A DNA stretch of 64,000 nucleotides from Myxococcota bacterium (GCA_965228475.1 OZ245817.1:4288001-4352000), one strand, 5' to 3'. Positions 24,813-34,967 are shown, numbered from the stretch's first letter. Translations and numbers: made by a program. The notes: generated from the letters alone by a model not told the origin.

Positions 24813-25039
24813 GTTCCATCCTCCAACCGACGCCCGGCGATGGCCGGGGACGGAGGTCCGGGAGGAGCGTTCGGTGCGCGCGGCATCTGCCAATCGCGCA
24901 CGTCGGCTCGGTCAACTCTCTTCGGGGGGAACGAAGTTCAGCGTTCGGTCGTGAATCCGGGGTCCCGAGGGACGGACAAACGGGGGATTTGCCATCCCGG
25001 ATTCCGCCACGAGTGTTTCTCCACTCGTGTTCGAAAGCC

Positions 25040-25069
25040 ACAATAGATCGGCGTTCGGCGCTTTGTCAA
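25040..25069 (-). promoter_or_regulatory. Putative sigma70 promoter of the sigma-factor gene
   Basis: TTGACA-N18-TATTGT, followed by a ~220-nt leader. Confidence 0.6.
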
Positions 25070-25157
25070 AAAGATTGTGCGCAAAAACGCGCAGATGCGA
25101 CGTAGCAAAAAACCCGCGGACTATTTCGCGCGAGGCACGTCGTCCGCGCGCACGAAC

Positions 25158-25739
25158 TCAGACGAACGCGGCGCGCTGGTGCCGGATCAGCGTCATGAAC
25201 TCGTTGCGGGTCTTCGGGTCTTCGTTGAACGAACCCTTCAGCGAACTCGTGATCGCGAAGGCGCCCTGCTGCTGCACGCCGCGCATGAGCATGCAGAGGT
25301 GGCTCGCCTCGATCACCACGCCGACTCCCTTGGGCGCCAGCACGTCGACGATGGTGCTGGCGATCTGGTTCGTCATGCGCTCCTGCACCTGGAGGCGGCG
25401 GGCGTACATCTGCACCAGCCGGGGGATCTTCGAGAGCCCCACGACCTTGCCGTCCGGGATGTAGGCCACGTGGGCCCGGCCGAAGAACGGGATCATGTGG
25501 TGCTCGCAGAGGCTGTAGAAGTCGATGTCCTTCACGACGACCATCTCGTCGTAGTCGACGTCGAAGAGCGCCCCGTTCAGGATGTCGGCCGGATCCTGCT
25601 GGTAGCCCTCGGTGAGGAAGCGGTAGGAGCGCGCCACGCGCCCCGGGGTCTTCACGAGGCCGTCCCGGCCCGGGTCCTCCCCGAGCTCCTTCAGCAGGGC
25701 TTCGATGTACCCCTCGATCGGGTCTCGTTCATCGCTCAT
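25158..25739 (-). CDS. folE: GTP cyclohydrolase I
   Basis: GEDP.RDGL.KTP.RVA, SLCEHH, GLSK, RLQVQER, HLCM..RG. Confidence 0.96.
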   Translation of the reverse strand: MSDERDPIEGYIEALLKELGEDPGRDGLVKTPGRVARSYRFLTEGYQQDPADILNGALFDVDYDEMVVVKDIDFYSLCEHHMIPFFGRAHVAYIPDGKVVGLSKIPRLVQMYARRLQVQERMTNQIASTIVDVLAPKGVGVVIEASHLCMLMRGVQQQGAFAITSSLKGSFNEDPKTRNEFMTLIRHQRAAFV

Positions 25740-26172
25740 GGGGGGCTCCATCCTCGTGGCCTCGATATTCGAAGCGGTTGCGCCGGGTTTCCTGGATGCG
25801 GACGCGGCTCAGCCGGGCGGCGCCGGCCTCGGCGATCGGGCCGGCGAGCTGTTCGTGCACCACGCGGGCGACGTTCTCGGCCGTCGAGACGCGATCTTGG
25901 AAGAGCGCGTGGCGCGAGATGTCGGTGTGGGCCAGGGGGCCGAGCACGTGGCGCTCGACGAGGGCGTCGAGGGCCGCGGGGTCGATCACCCGCCCGGTCC
26001 CGGGCTCGACCGGCCCGGTCACCGTGACCTCGACGCCGTAGTCGTGCCCGTGCAGATTCGAGCACTTGCCGTAGAGGCGGGCGTTCTCTTCGTCCGAGAG
26101 CTCGTCGCTGCGCAGGACGTGGGCCGCCGGGAACCGGTAGCGCTTGAGGAGGGAGACCTCGGGGGCGCTCAA
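25729..26172 (-). CDS. 6-pyruvoyl-tetrahydropterin synthase/QueD-family protein (catalytic residues intact)
   Basis: [24 protein letters not shown]. Confidence 0.88.
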   Translation of the reverse strand: MSAPEVSLLKRYRFPAAHVLRSDELSDEENARLYGKCSNLHGHDYGVEVTVTGPVEPGTGRVIDPAALDALVERHVLGPLAHTDISRHALFQDRVSTAENVARVVHEQLAGPIAEAGAARLSRVRIQETRRNRFEYRGHEDGAPHER

Positions 26173-26576
26173 GAGAGGGGCTCCACGATCTCGACGGAGA
26201 GGTCGGCGTCCTGGTGGAGCGTGGTGCGATCGAGCATCCCGGCCGGGAGCGCCTCGAGCAGGATGGCCCGGATCACGCCGGCGAAATTCTCGGGGGTGGG
26301 CGGGATCTTCTCGAAGTAGGGCGTGTCCGCGTTCAGATCCCGGTGGTCGAAGCGCGCCATGATCTCGCGCTCGAGGATGCCCTTCAGGTCCGAGAGATCG
26401 AAGACCATCCCGGTGGTCGGATCGACCTCCCCGCGCAGGGTCACCTCGAGGTGGTAGTTGTGGCCATGGGTGCGGGCGGCCGGCCCGAAGCGGCGCGCGT
26501 TCTCCTGCTCGTCGAGGTCACCGTGCCGGTACCGGAGCGATGCGGAGAAATCGATGGATCGGGTCAGTCGCACCAA
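26169..26576 (-). CDS. PTPS/QueD-family paralog (degenerate active site)
   Basis: HGHNY, GMV.D, FDH..LN, PTPEN; lacks first His, Cys and C-terminal Glu; start codon uncertain (TTG 26576/GTG 26573). Confidence 0.82.
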   Translation of the reverse strand: MVRLTRSIDFSASLRYRHGDLDEQENARRFGPAARTHGHNYHLEVTLRGEVDPTTGMVFDLSDLKGILEREIMARFDHRDLNADTPYFEKIPPTPENFAGVIRAILLEALPAGMLDRTTLHQDADLSVEIVEPLS

Positions 26577-26690
26577 GGGTTCGCAAACCTCTTGAAAATC
26601 GAGACGTTGGGGCACCCGGGAGGCTAGCTGGGGGCGCCCCGGCGTCAACCGGAGGGGTTTGCGAACGCGTTCCGGAAACCGGCGAGCCGC

Positions 26691-27290
26691 TCAGTAGGAG
26701 CGCAGCAGCCCCGTCACGATGCCGCGCACCTCGACGTCCGCCGCGGGGACCTCGATCGGCTGCATGGTCGGGTTGGCGGGCATGAGGCGGACCGTCGGGC
26801 CGTTGCGATAGAGCTTCTTCAGGGTGGCCTCTTCGCCGCGGATCAGGGCCACGACGGTCTCGCCGTCCTGGGCCTCCTGCCGCTGCTCGACGATCACCGT
26901 GTCCCCATCGCGAATCTGCTCGTCGATCATCGAGTTGCCGGAGACGCGCAGGGCGAACAGCGGCGTGCCGTTGCGGCGAAGCGCCTCCGGCACCGTGATC
27001 TGCTCGGGCACCTCCACCGCCTCGATCGGGATGCCCGCCGCGACCGTTCCGAGCAGCGGGATCTCGAAGCCCGGCTCCTGCTCGGCGACCGGCTCGACGG
27101 AGCGCGAGCGGTTCCAGGCCTTCCGCAGGTGGCCCTTCTGAACGAGGTGCTGGACGTGCTTGTGGACCGTGGCCACCGAGGACAGGCCGAAGTGGCGGCC
27201 GATCTCCTCGAGGCTCGGCGAATAGCCCTTCTGCCCGATGAACTCACGGATGTAGTCGAGGACTTCGCGCTGCCGCTTCGTCAGTGCCAT
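26691..27290 (-). CDS. lexA: SOS repressor LexA
   Basis: LTKRQ, PSLEEI HTH, VAAG cleavage site, GNSM Ser, TLKK Lys. Confidence 0.96.
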   Translation of the reverse strand: MALTKRQREVLDYIREFIGQKGYSPSLEEIGRHFGLSSVATVHKHVQHLVQKGHLRKAWNRSRSVEPVAEQEPGFEIPLLGTVAAGIPIEAVEVPEQITVPEALRRNGTPLFALRVSGNSMIDEQIRDGDTVIVEQRQEAQDGETVVALIRGEEATLKKLYRNGPTVRLMPANPTMQPIEVPAADVEVRGIVTGLLRSY

Positions 27291-27388
27291 TCCCGGCCTC
27301 CCTGCCTTCTCAGCAAACTAGTACGCAAACCTTGGGGCGCATCTGAGGTACGAACGCAGGGCCGGCCTGGTTTCACCGCTCCATCGTG

Positions 27389-27404
27389 ACGAAGAAAAGA
27401 CGAA
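27389..27404. promoter_or_regulatory. Candidate LexA operator (direct repeat ACGAA-N6-ACGAA)
   Basis: 11-bp-period direct repeat adjacent to candidate -10 CACGAT (27383-27388, minus) of lexA. Confidence 0.35.
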
Positions 27405-27488
27405 AGCGCCACGCGAAGGCTCAGGCCGTTGATTTTCAAGCGCTTTTCGGAATCGAGACCGGAGAGGCCCCTTTTTGGGGGACTGGAC

Positions 27489-27516
27489 TTGCACCCCCAA
27501 GGCCCGGACCTATGCT
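27489..27516 (+). promoter_or_regulatory. Putative sigma70 promoter of groESL
   Basis: TTGCAC-N16-TATGCT. Confidence 0.6.
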
Positions 27517-27528
27517 TCGCGCCAACTT

Positions 27529-27555
27529 CTGGCAGGGGAGTACCCACCCTGCCAA
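27529..27555 (+). promoter_or_regulatory. Variant CIRCE-like operator
   Basis: CTGGCAGGG-N9-CCCTGCCAA: 9-9-9 geometry at the usual CIRCE position just downstream of the groES promoter. Confidence 0.7.
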
Positions 27556-27685
27556 TTCAGTCTTCAGGGCGGCGCGAGCCGCCCTTCCTTCCCGGGCGGA
27601 GGGCCGAGCAGGGTTGCCGGCCACTTCCTTCCGGATTCCCACCCCGGGCGGGCGCACCGCTCGGGCAGACGGAGAGAGCTCAGCG

Positions 27686-27973
27686 ATGAAGATCCGACCG
27701 CTTCAGGATCGCATCCTGGTCAAGCGCCTCGACAGCGAGGAGACGACCAAGGGCGGGATCATCATTCCCGATTCGGCCAAGGAGAAGCCGCAGGAGGGCA
27801 AGGTCGTTGCCGTCGGCAAGGGCAAGGTCGACGACGACGGCGACCACATCCCGCTCGACGTGAAGAAGGGCGACAAGATCCTCTTCAGCAAGTACGCCGG
27901 CACCGAGGTTCAGGTCGACGGCGACGAGCACATCATCATCCGCGAGGACGACGTCCTCGGCGTGATCGAATAA
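27686..27973 (+). CDS. groES: Co-chaperonin GroES
   Basis: [32 protein letters not shown]. Confidence 0.98.
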   Translation: MKIRPLQDRILVKRLDSEETTKGGIIIPDSAKEKPQEGKVVAVGKGKVDDDGDHIPLDVKKGDKILFSKYAGTEVQVDGDEHIIIREDDVLGVIE

Positions 27974-27988
27974 AGGAGGCCAGAACCA

Positions 27989-29641
<1,653 letters not shown>

Positions 29642-29668
29642 TTCGAGTCTCACGACTCGCTTGCATCG

Positions 29669-29709
29669 AAGGGCCTCCGGAGCGGTTTGCTCCGGGGGCC
29701 CTTTTCTTT
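29669..29709 (+). terminator. Rho-independent terminator of groESL
   Basis: AAGGGCCTCCGGAGC-GGTTT-GCTCCGGGGGCCCTT hairpin followed by TTCTTT. Confidence 0.85.
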
Positions 29710-29730
29710 CTCGTGAGGGCTGCGGGGCCG

Positions 29731-29916
29731 GGCCGGCGGGAGGGTGTCGCGCTCCGCTTCGCTCACGCGTTCTAGAGTTGGAGCGTGGCCCGTCTTGCTC
29801 GTTTGCGGGCGTCGGAGACGTTTGCGGCTCCGGGCCCCCGGTGACGGAATGACTCGACATGAGCTTTGGGTTGCTCGGGAGTCGCGGCGCTCCCGCGCGA
29901 CACCCTCCCGCCGGCC
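29731..29916. repeat. REPIN/MITE-like hairpin element, copy A
   Basis: Perfect 22-bp IR (29731-29752 / 29895-29916) around a 142-bp spacer homologous to copy B in reverse orientation. Confidence 0.8.
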
Positions 29917-29960
29917 TTGGGGCTCGGAGGTGGTTCGAGAGGGCGGGATCCCCTCCGTTT

Positions 29961-30911
29961 TCAGGGGCAGGGGGCGGCGTTGCAGAGGTTGTTGCCGGCG
30001 TCGATGCCGCCGCTGACCAGACTGGTGGGGTCGGGGTTCGCGATTGCGTTGTCGCGGTACGCGCTCGTGCCGGAGGAGCGGATCTCGTGGCCGCCCAACG
30101 GGCTCTGCGCGTTGTCGTTCGTGACGTTTCGATGCACGAGGGAGTCGACGGCGACGGCGATGCCATCGGTGCCGTTCTCGCGAACCGCGTTCTCGGAGAC
30201 GACCGATCCGCTGGATCCGTCGATCCCGGCTCCTCCGTTCCCGTGGGACTCGTTTCCTCGCACGACGGAGCGGAGGAACACATCGATCCCGTCCTCGCCG
30301 TTCAGGGCCGAACGGTTGCGCAGCACGATGGACGCGTCGGAGGTGCCGATTCCGTCGGCCCGGTTCGACACCGCATTGCTGTCGACGAGGATCGAGCGAG
30401 GGCCCAGCGAAAAGCCGGCCTGGTTGTCGATGGCCCGCAGCCCGAACACGCTGCTCTCGGCGCCGAGAGCCAGACCGACGGAGCCCATCCCGACGATCGA
30501 GCCGTTGCGAACCTGGACACCCCGCACGAAGAGGCCGAAGTTGATCGCAACGCCGAAACCGCTTCCCACCGACTCGCTGCAGGGCTCGAACGAGGCCGGA
30601 GGCGTGAAGTTGCTGCACTGGATCCGGAAGCCGTTGAGATCGAGCGAGGTGTAGCTCGCCGAGATCAGGATGCCGGTCGTGTCGGAGCCAGAGAAGGTGA
30701 GATCGCTGGTGAGCCGATAGCTCGAACCCGCAGCGCCCGTGATCGTGACCGGGTACCCGGCGGCGTCTCCGGGGAAGCAGCCGGTCTGGGTCGCGCAGAC
30801 GCCGTTGATCTCGGCGACGCCGTCGACGGCCTGCGCCGGAGCCGCGGCCAGGAGCAGGGCGAGGCATCCCCCGCGCAGTGCGCTGCGTGCCGTGCGGTGC
30901 AAGAGACTCAC
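29961..30911 (-). CDS. Secreted right-handed parallel beta-helix protein (paralog 2)
   Basis: Signal peptide, DGVAEING.CA..GCFPGDAAGYPVTI, LDLNGF, N...GI repeats, GNNLCNAAPCP; GTG start overlapping upstream TGA. Confidence 0.8.
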   Translation of the reverse strand: MSLLHRTARSALRGGCLALLLAAAPAQAVDGVAEINGVCATQTGCFPGDAAGYPVTITGAAGSSYRLTSDLTFSGSDTTGILISASYTSLDLNGFRIQCSNFTPPASFEPCSESVGSGFGVAINFGLFVRGVQVRNGSIVGMGSVGLALGAESSVFGLRAIDNQAGFSLGPRSILVDSNAVSNRADGIGTSDASIVLRNRSALNGEDGIDVFLRSVVRGNESHGNGGAGIDGSSGSVVSENAVRENGTDGIAVAVDSLVHRNVTNDNAQSPLGGHEIRSSGTSAYRDNAIANPDPTSLVSGGIDAGNNLCNAAPCP

Positions 30912-31834
30912 GGGCAACCCAACGTTCCGCCGCAGACGTTGCCACCCCCGTCCGCGCCGCCAGCGACGGTTCCAGCGCCCACGTTCGACCGCCGGATGAC
31001 GTTCTCGCGGAAGACCGTGCCGGACGAGAGGAAGAGTCCGTGTCCGGAGTTCGAGGAGCCGTTGGTCGACACCGCGTTCCCCCGGATGTCGCTGCCCGAG
31101 AGGGCCACGATGCCGCTCCCGAAGTTTCCCGCAACGACGTTGGCGATGATCGGGGAGTCCGTGGAAGCATCGATCCCGGATTCCCCGTTCTCCTCGACGA
31201 CGTTGGCTTCCACGGTGGATGCACTCGTCGAGATCCCGATCGTGCCGTTGCCGTGCACCAGGTTCGACGACACGCTGGATCCTTCCCCTGCGAAGATCCC
31301 GACCAGTCCGTTCTCGAAGACCAGGCTCTCGGAAACGCTCGAACCCGAACCCACCACGATGCCGCTCGCCGCACTCCCGGAGACGCGCATCCTGTGGACG
31401 ATCGAAGACGGCCCCAGGATCAATCCGTTGCCGCCCATCCCGACGATGGACCCGTTGTGAACGCGGATGCCGGGCCGCTCCTCGCGGTCGATCACCTCGA
31501 TGCCGTCGCCTCCGCCCAGCGTCGCGCCACAGGGCTCCACGGTACTCGGAGGCGTGAAGTTGCTGCACTGGATCCGGAAACCGTTCAGGTCCAGATCCAC
31601 ATGGCTCGTCGAGATCCGGATCGCGGTCGTGCCCGAACCCGAGAACGTGAGGTCGCCCGTCAGGCGATAGCTCGATCCGGCAACACCGGTGATGGTCACG
31701 GGATACCCGGCAGCGTCGCCTTCGAAGCAGCCCGTCTCGACCGCGCAGGCGGCGTTGATCTCGAGCACCCCGTCGACGGCCGTCGCGGGCGTCGAACCGA
31801 AGAGCGCAACCAGCAGCACGAGCAGCATCCGCAT
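30908..31834 (-). CDS. Secreted right-handed parallel beta-helix protein (paralog 1)
   Basis: Signal peptide, DGVLEINAACA..GCFEGDAAGYPVTI, repeats, GGNVCGGTLGCP; SD GGAGGG. Confidence 0.8.
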   Translation of the reverse strand: MRMLLVLLVALFGSTPATAVDGVLEINAACAVETGCFEGDAAGYPVTITGVAGSSYRLTGDLTFSGSGTTAIRISTSHVDLDLNGFRIQCSNFTPPSTVEPCGATLGGGDGIEVIDREERPGIRVHNGSIVGMGGNGLILGPSSIVHRMRVSGSAASGIVVGSGSSVSESLVFENGLVGIFAGEGSSVSSNLVHGNGTIGISTSASTVEANVVEENGESGIDASTDSPIIANVVAGNFGSGIVALSGSDIRGNAVSTNGSSNSGHGLFLSSGTVFRENVIRRSNVGAGTVAGGADGGGNVCGGTLGCP

Positions 31835-31865
31835 GTCGCTCCCTCCGCCGAGCGATGAGAGCACC

Positions 31866-31894
31866 ATCGTGCATGCCCCCCCACACGAGGTCAA
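31866..31894 (-). promoter_or_regulatory. Putative sigma70 promoter of beta-helix gene pair
   Basis: TTGACC-N17-CACGAT; spacer contains G7 run. Confidence 0.45.
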
Positions 31895-31910
31895 GGCTGC
31901 CAATACCCGA

Positions 31911-32104
31911 CGGGGCGGCGAGGGGGTGCCCTCGTGCAGCGAAGCCAACACTGCCATGAGGCAACCGGAACCAAGGCCAAGCAACGTCATCGAGGGCCGG
32001 CACCCGCAAACCTCTCCCACGCTCGCAAACGAAGAAGCCGGCCTAGGCCCGTAGCCACCCGAAGCGCAGGCGCAGCGGAGCGAGGGCACCCCCTCGCCGC
32101 CCCG
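31911..32104. repeat. REPIN/MITE-like hairpin element, copy B
   Basis: Perfect 24-bp IR (31911-31934 / 32081-32104) around a 146-bp spacer homologous to copy A. Confidence 0.8.
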
Positions 32105-32116
32105 CCTCCCCCCATC

Positions 32117-32968
32117 TCAGACGAGCCCGACCTGCCGCTCGCTCTCGGTCCACAGCCGCGCCGCGTCCTCGTCGCTCTGGGCGTAGCGCTTGGGCCAGCG
32201 GGCTTCGCGGTCGACGAAGTAGCGGCCGTTCTCGGGGACGTCCTCGCTGCAGAGGTAGACGCCCGTGTCGGCGCCCTGCTCGGGGGTTCGATTGAAGGCC
32301 GAGAGGAACGTCATGGCGAGCTTCGAGACCAGGCCGTTGTTCGTCGCGAAGCCGGTGCCGACGAAACCCGGGTGGAAGCAGTTGGCCGTGACGCCCGTGC
32401 CCTCGAGGCGGCGCGCGAGCTCGCGCGTGAAGAGGATGTTCGCGAGCTTCGAGATCCCGTAGCGGGTCATCGCGTTGGCGACGTTGCGTCCGCCGAGATC
32501 GCCGAAGTCGATCGGGCCGCCGGCCCAGGAGTGGGCGTCCGAAGTGACGTTCACGATGCGCGCGGGCGCGCTTTCCTGGATGCGATCGAGCAGGAGGTTC
32601 GTCAACAGGAAGTAGGCGAGGTGATTGACCGCCCAGGTGCCCTCGATCCCATCCACGGTGTCTTCGCGCCAGAAGTTCAGCACGCCGGCGTTGTTCAGGA
32701 GCACGTGGAGCGGCTTGCCCTGGGCCAGGAACTTCTGCGCCGCGGCGCGGATCTGCTCCTGGGACGAGAGGTCGCAGAGCAGGAGCGACGTTCGATCGAG
32801 CCCCGCTTCGTCGCGCAGCAGCGCCTGGGTTTCCCCGCCGCGCTCCGGGTTCCGGCAGACGAGGATGAGCTCCTCGGGGCCCATGGAGGCCAGGGCGACC
32901 GCGGCAGCCCGGCCGATGCCGCCCGTCGCGCCGGTGATCATGACGGTCTTGCCTTCGAGCTGGCCCAT
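32117..32968 (-). CDS. SDR-family oxidoreductase (retinol dehydrogenase/WWOX-like)
   Basis: TGATGGIG, NNAG, NHLAYFLL, YGISK, HPGFV. Confidence 0.92.
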   Translation of the reverse strand: MGQLEGKTVMITGATGGIGRAAAVALASMGPEELILVCRNPERGGETQALLRDEAGLDRTSLLLCDLSSQEQIRAAAQKFLAQGKPLHVLLNNAGVLNFWREDTVDGIEGTWAVNHLAYFLLTNLLLDRIQESAPARIVNVTSDAHSWAGGPIDFGDLGGRNVANAMTRYGISKLANILFTRELARRLEGTGVTANCFHPGFVGTGFATNNGLVSKLAMTFLSAFNRTPEQGADTGVYLCSEDVPENGRYFVDREARWPKRYAQSDEDAARLWTESERQVGLV

Positions 32969-32979
32969 CGGGCCCTCCT

Positions 32980-34224
32980 CTACTTGCGGGCGGCTTCTTC
33001 GGCCGCGCGCACGACGTCGCGCAGCGGCGCCTCGTGCTTGCGCGCGGCGGCCTTGCAATCGTCGTACTCGGGCGACGCCTCGACCTGGCCGTCGGGGGAG
33101 CGGACGAGCTTCACGCGGATCTTTCCGTAGCGCGTCTTCACCTTGATCTGTTCGCGGTGCAGGAGGAGGCGGTCGTACTCGACGCTCCGCACCCCCGCCG
33201 TGGTCGATTCGGCGAACAGGATGCGGGCGAGCGCCTCGCGCTCCGAGGGCCGGGCGAGCACGCGGACGAGGAAGCCCGGGCGGTTCTTCTTCATCTGGAG
33301 ATGCTGGAGGCCGACGTCGAGGGCACCCCCGTCGAAGAGGCGCTCCATCACGTGGTCGAAGTGCTCGGGCACGAGATCGTCGAGGTTCGCTTCGAGGGCG
33401 ACGATGCGGTCCCCCTCGATCGCCGCGCTCCGGCCGAGGATGGCGCGCAGCACGTTCGGCATCGGCCCTTCGCGCTCCTTGCCCGCACCGTGCCCGATCG
33501 CCTCGACCGTCATGGCCGGGAGCGGCCGGAACTCGTCGACCAGCACCTTCAGGATCGCCGCTCCCGTCGGCGTCACCGTTTCCCACTCGATGTGGGCGGG
33601 GACGGTCGGGATGCCCTTCAGGATCTCGAGGGTCGCCGGCGCCGGGAGCGGGAGCGTTCCGTGGGCGGTCTCGACGGTGCCGTGGCCGAGGGCCGGCGGC
33701 GCGGCGGTGATGAAGTCGATGCCGAGCCGGGCGCGGGCGATGGCCGCGCCGGTGACGTCGACGATCGCGTCGACGGCGCCGACTTCGTGGAAGTGGACCT
33801 TCTCGATCGGCGTCCCGTGGACCTTCGCCTCGGCCCGCGCGATCACCTCGAAGATCTCGACGGCGGTGTCGCGCACGCCGGCGTCGAGCTTCGCTCCGGC
33901 CAGCAGGTCCCGGATCTCGCGGAAGTGGCGGCCGTGATGATGGCCGTGCCCTTTCGCCTTCCCGTGCGAGTGCTTCTTCCTGGCGTGGGGGACGGCGACG
34001 TCGAGATAGCGGGCGGCCAGCGCGCCCCGCGTGACCTTCGTGACCTCGAGCTCGTGCTCGACACCGAGGCCCGCGAGATCTTCTTCGAGCTCGTGGCGCG
34101 AGAGACCCGCGTCGAGCAGCGCGCCGAGGAACATGTTGCCCGCGCAGCCGGCAAAGGTGTCGAGGTGCAGTACGCGCGCGCCCGGTGCCGGCGTCTTCGG
34201 CTTCGACTTCTTCCGCGGGCTCAC
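32980..34224 (-). CDS. larC: Nickel-pincer cofactor Ni insertase LarC
   Basis: D..AG.AGNM.LGA, His-rich linker, HFHEVGAVDAIVD, TPTGA, MKKNRPG, PEYDD. Confidence 0.93.
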   Translation of the reverse strand: MSPRKKSKPKTPAPGARVLHLDTFAGCAGNMFLGALLDAGLSRHELEEDLAGLGVEHELEVTKVTRGALAARYLDVAVPHARKKHSHGKAKGHGHHHGRHFREIRDLLAGAKLDAGVRDTAVEIFEVIARAEAKVHGTPIEKVHFHEVGAVDAIVDVTGAAIARARLGIDFITAAPPALGHGTVETAHGTLPLPAPATLEILKGIPTVPAHIEWETVTPTGAAILKVLVDEFRPLPAMTVEAIGHGAGKEREGPMPNVLRAILGRSAAIEGDRIVALEANLDDLVPEHFDHVMERLFDGGALDVGLQHLQMKKNRPGFLVRVLARPSEREALARILFAESTTAGVRSVEYDRLLLHREQIKVKTRYGKIRVKLVRSPDGQVEASPEYDDCKAAARKHEAPLRDVVRAAEEAARK

Positions 34225-34967
34225 AGGCGGTTGATCAGCGTCGCCACGTAGGCCGCGCCGAACCCGTTGTCGATGTTCACCACGGTCACGTTCGAGGCGC
34301 AGCTGTTCAGCATGCCGAGCAGCGCGGAGACGCCCCCGAAGGAGGCGCCGTAGCCGACGGAGGTCGGCACCGCGATCACCGGCTTGTCGACGAGCCCGCC
34401 GACCACCGAGGGCAGGGCGCCCTCCATCCCGGCCACCACGATCACCACCCGCGCCGCGCGCAGGAGTTCGCTCGAACCGAGCAGGCGGTGGATCCCCGCC
34501 ACGCCGACGTCGAAGAGCAGCTCGACCTTGTTGCCGAAGCGGCGCGCCACGAGCTCCGCCTCGCGGGCGACGGGCAGATCCGACGTCCCCGCGCAGGCGA
34601 TGGCGATGGCGCCCTTGCCTTCCTGGGGCACCTCGGCGCGGCCGGCCCAGAGCACGCGCGCCATCGGGTCGTACTCGGCGGAGACGCGGCTCGTCACGAT
34701 CGCCGCGGGTTCGGCATCGAGACGCGTCACCAGCACGTCCTGGCCCTCGCGGCGCAGGACCTCCATCACCTCGAGGATCTGCTCGGGCGTCTTGCCCGGC
34801 GCGTAGATCACCTCGGGCAGGCCATGACGCAGCGCGCGATGGGTATCGACCCGGGCGTGTTCGGTCTCGACGAAGGCCGGAGCCGAGAGCCGGTCGACGG
34901 CCTCGTCGGCATCGACGTCACCGGCCCGGACGGCCTCGAGCAGCTCGCGCAGCGTTCCGCGGTCCAT
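34221..34967 (-). CDS. larB: Nickel-pincer cofactor biosynthesis carboxylase LarB
   Basis: AGTSDLPVA, DVGVAGIHR, AGMEGALPSV, PTSVGYG, VNIDNGFGA. Confidence 0.95.
   Translation of the reverse strand: MDRGTLRELLEAVRAGDVDADEAVDRLSAPAFVETEHARVDTHRALRHGLPEVIYAPGKTPEQILEVMEVLRREGQDVLVTRLDAEPAAIVTSRVSAEYDPMARVLWAGRAEVPQEGKGAIAIACAGTSDLPVAREAELVARRFGNKVELLFDVGVAGIHRLLGSSELLRAARVVIVVAGMEGALPSVVGGLVDKPVIAVPTSVGYGASFGGVSALLGMLNSCASNVTVVNIDNGFGAAYVATLINRL

Noticed and set aside
24813..25035. Known riboswitch (c-di-GMP, preQ1, THF) in the sigma-factor leader
   Set aside because: The hallmark conserved nucleotides are not recognisable; it is kept only as an unknown structured leader.
29731..32104. Integron attC cassettes or CRISPR array
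   Set aside because: No RYYYAAC/GTTRRRY core ends, no integrase or cas genes, and only two long elements rather than regularly spaced short repeats.
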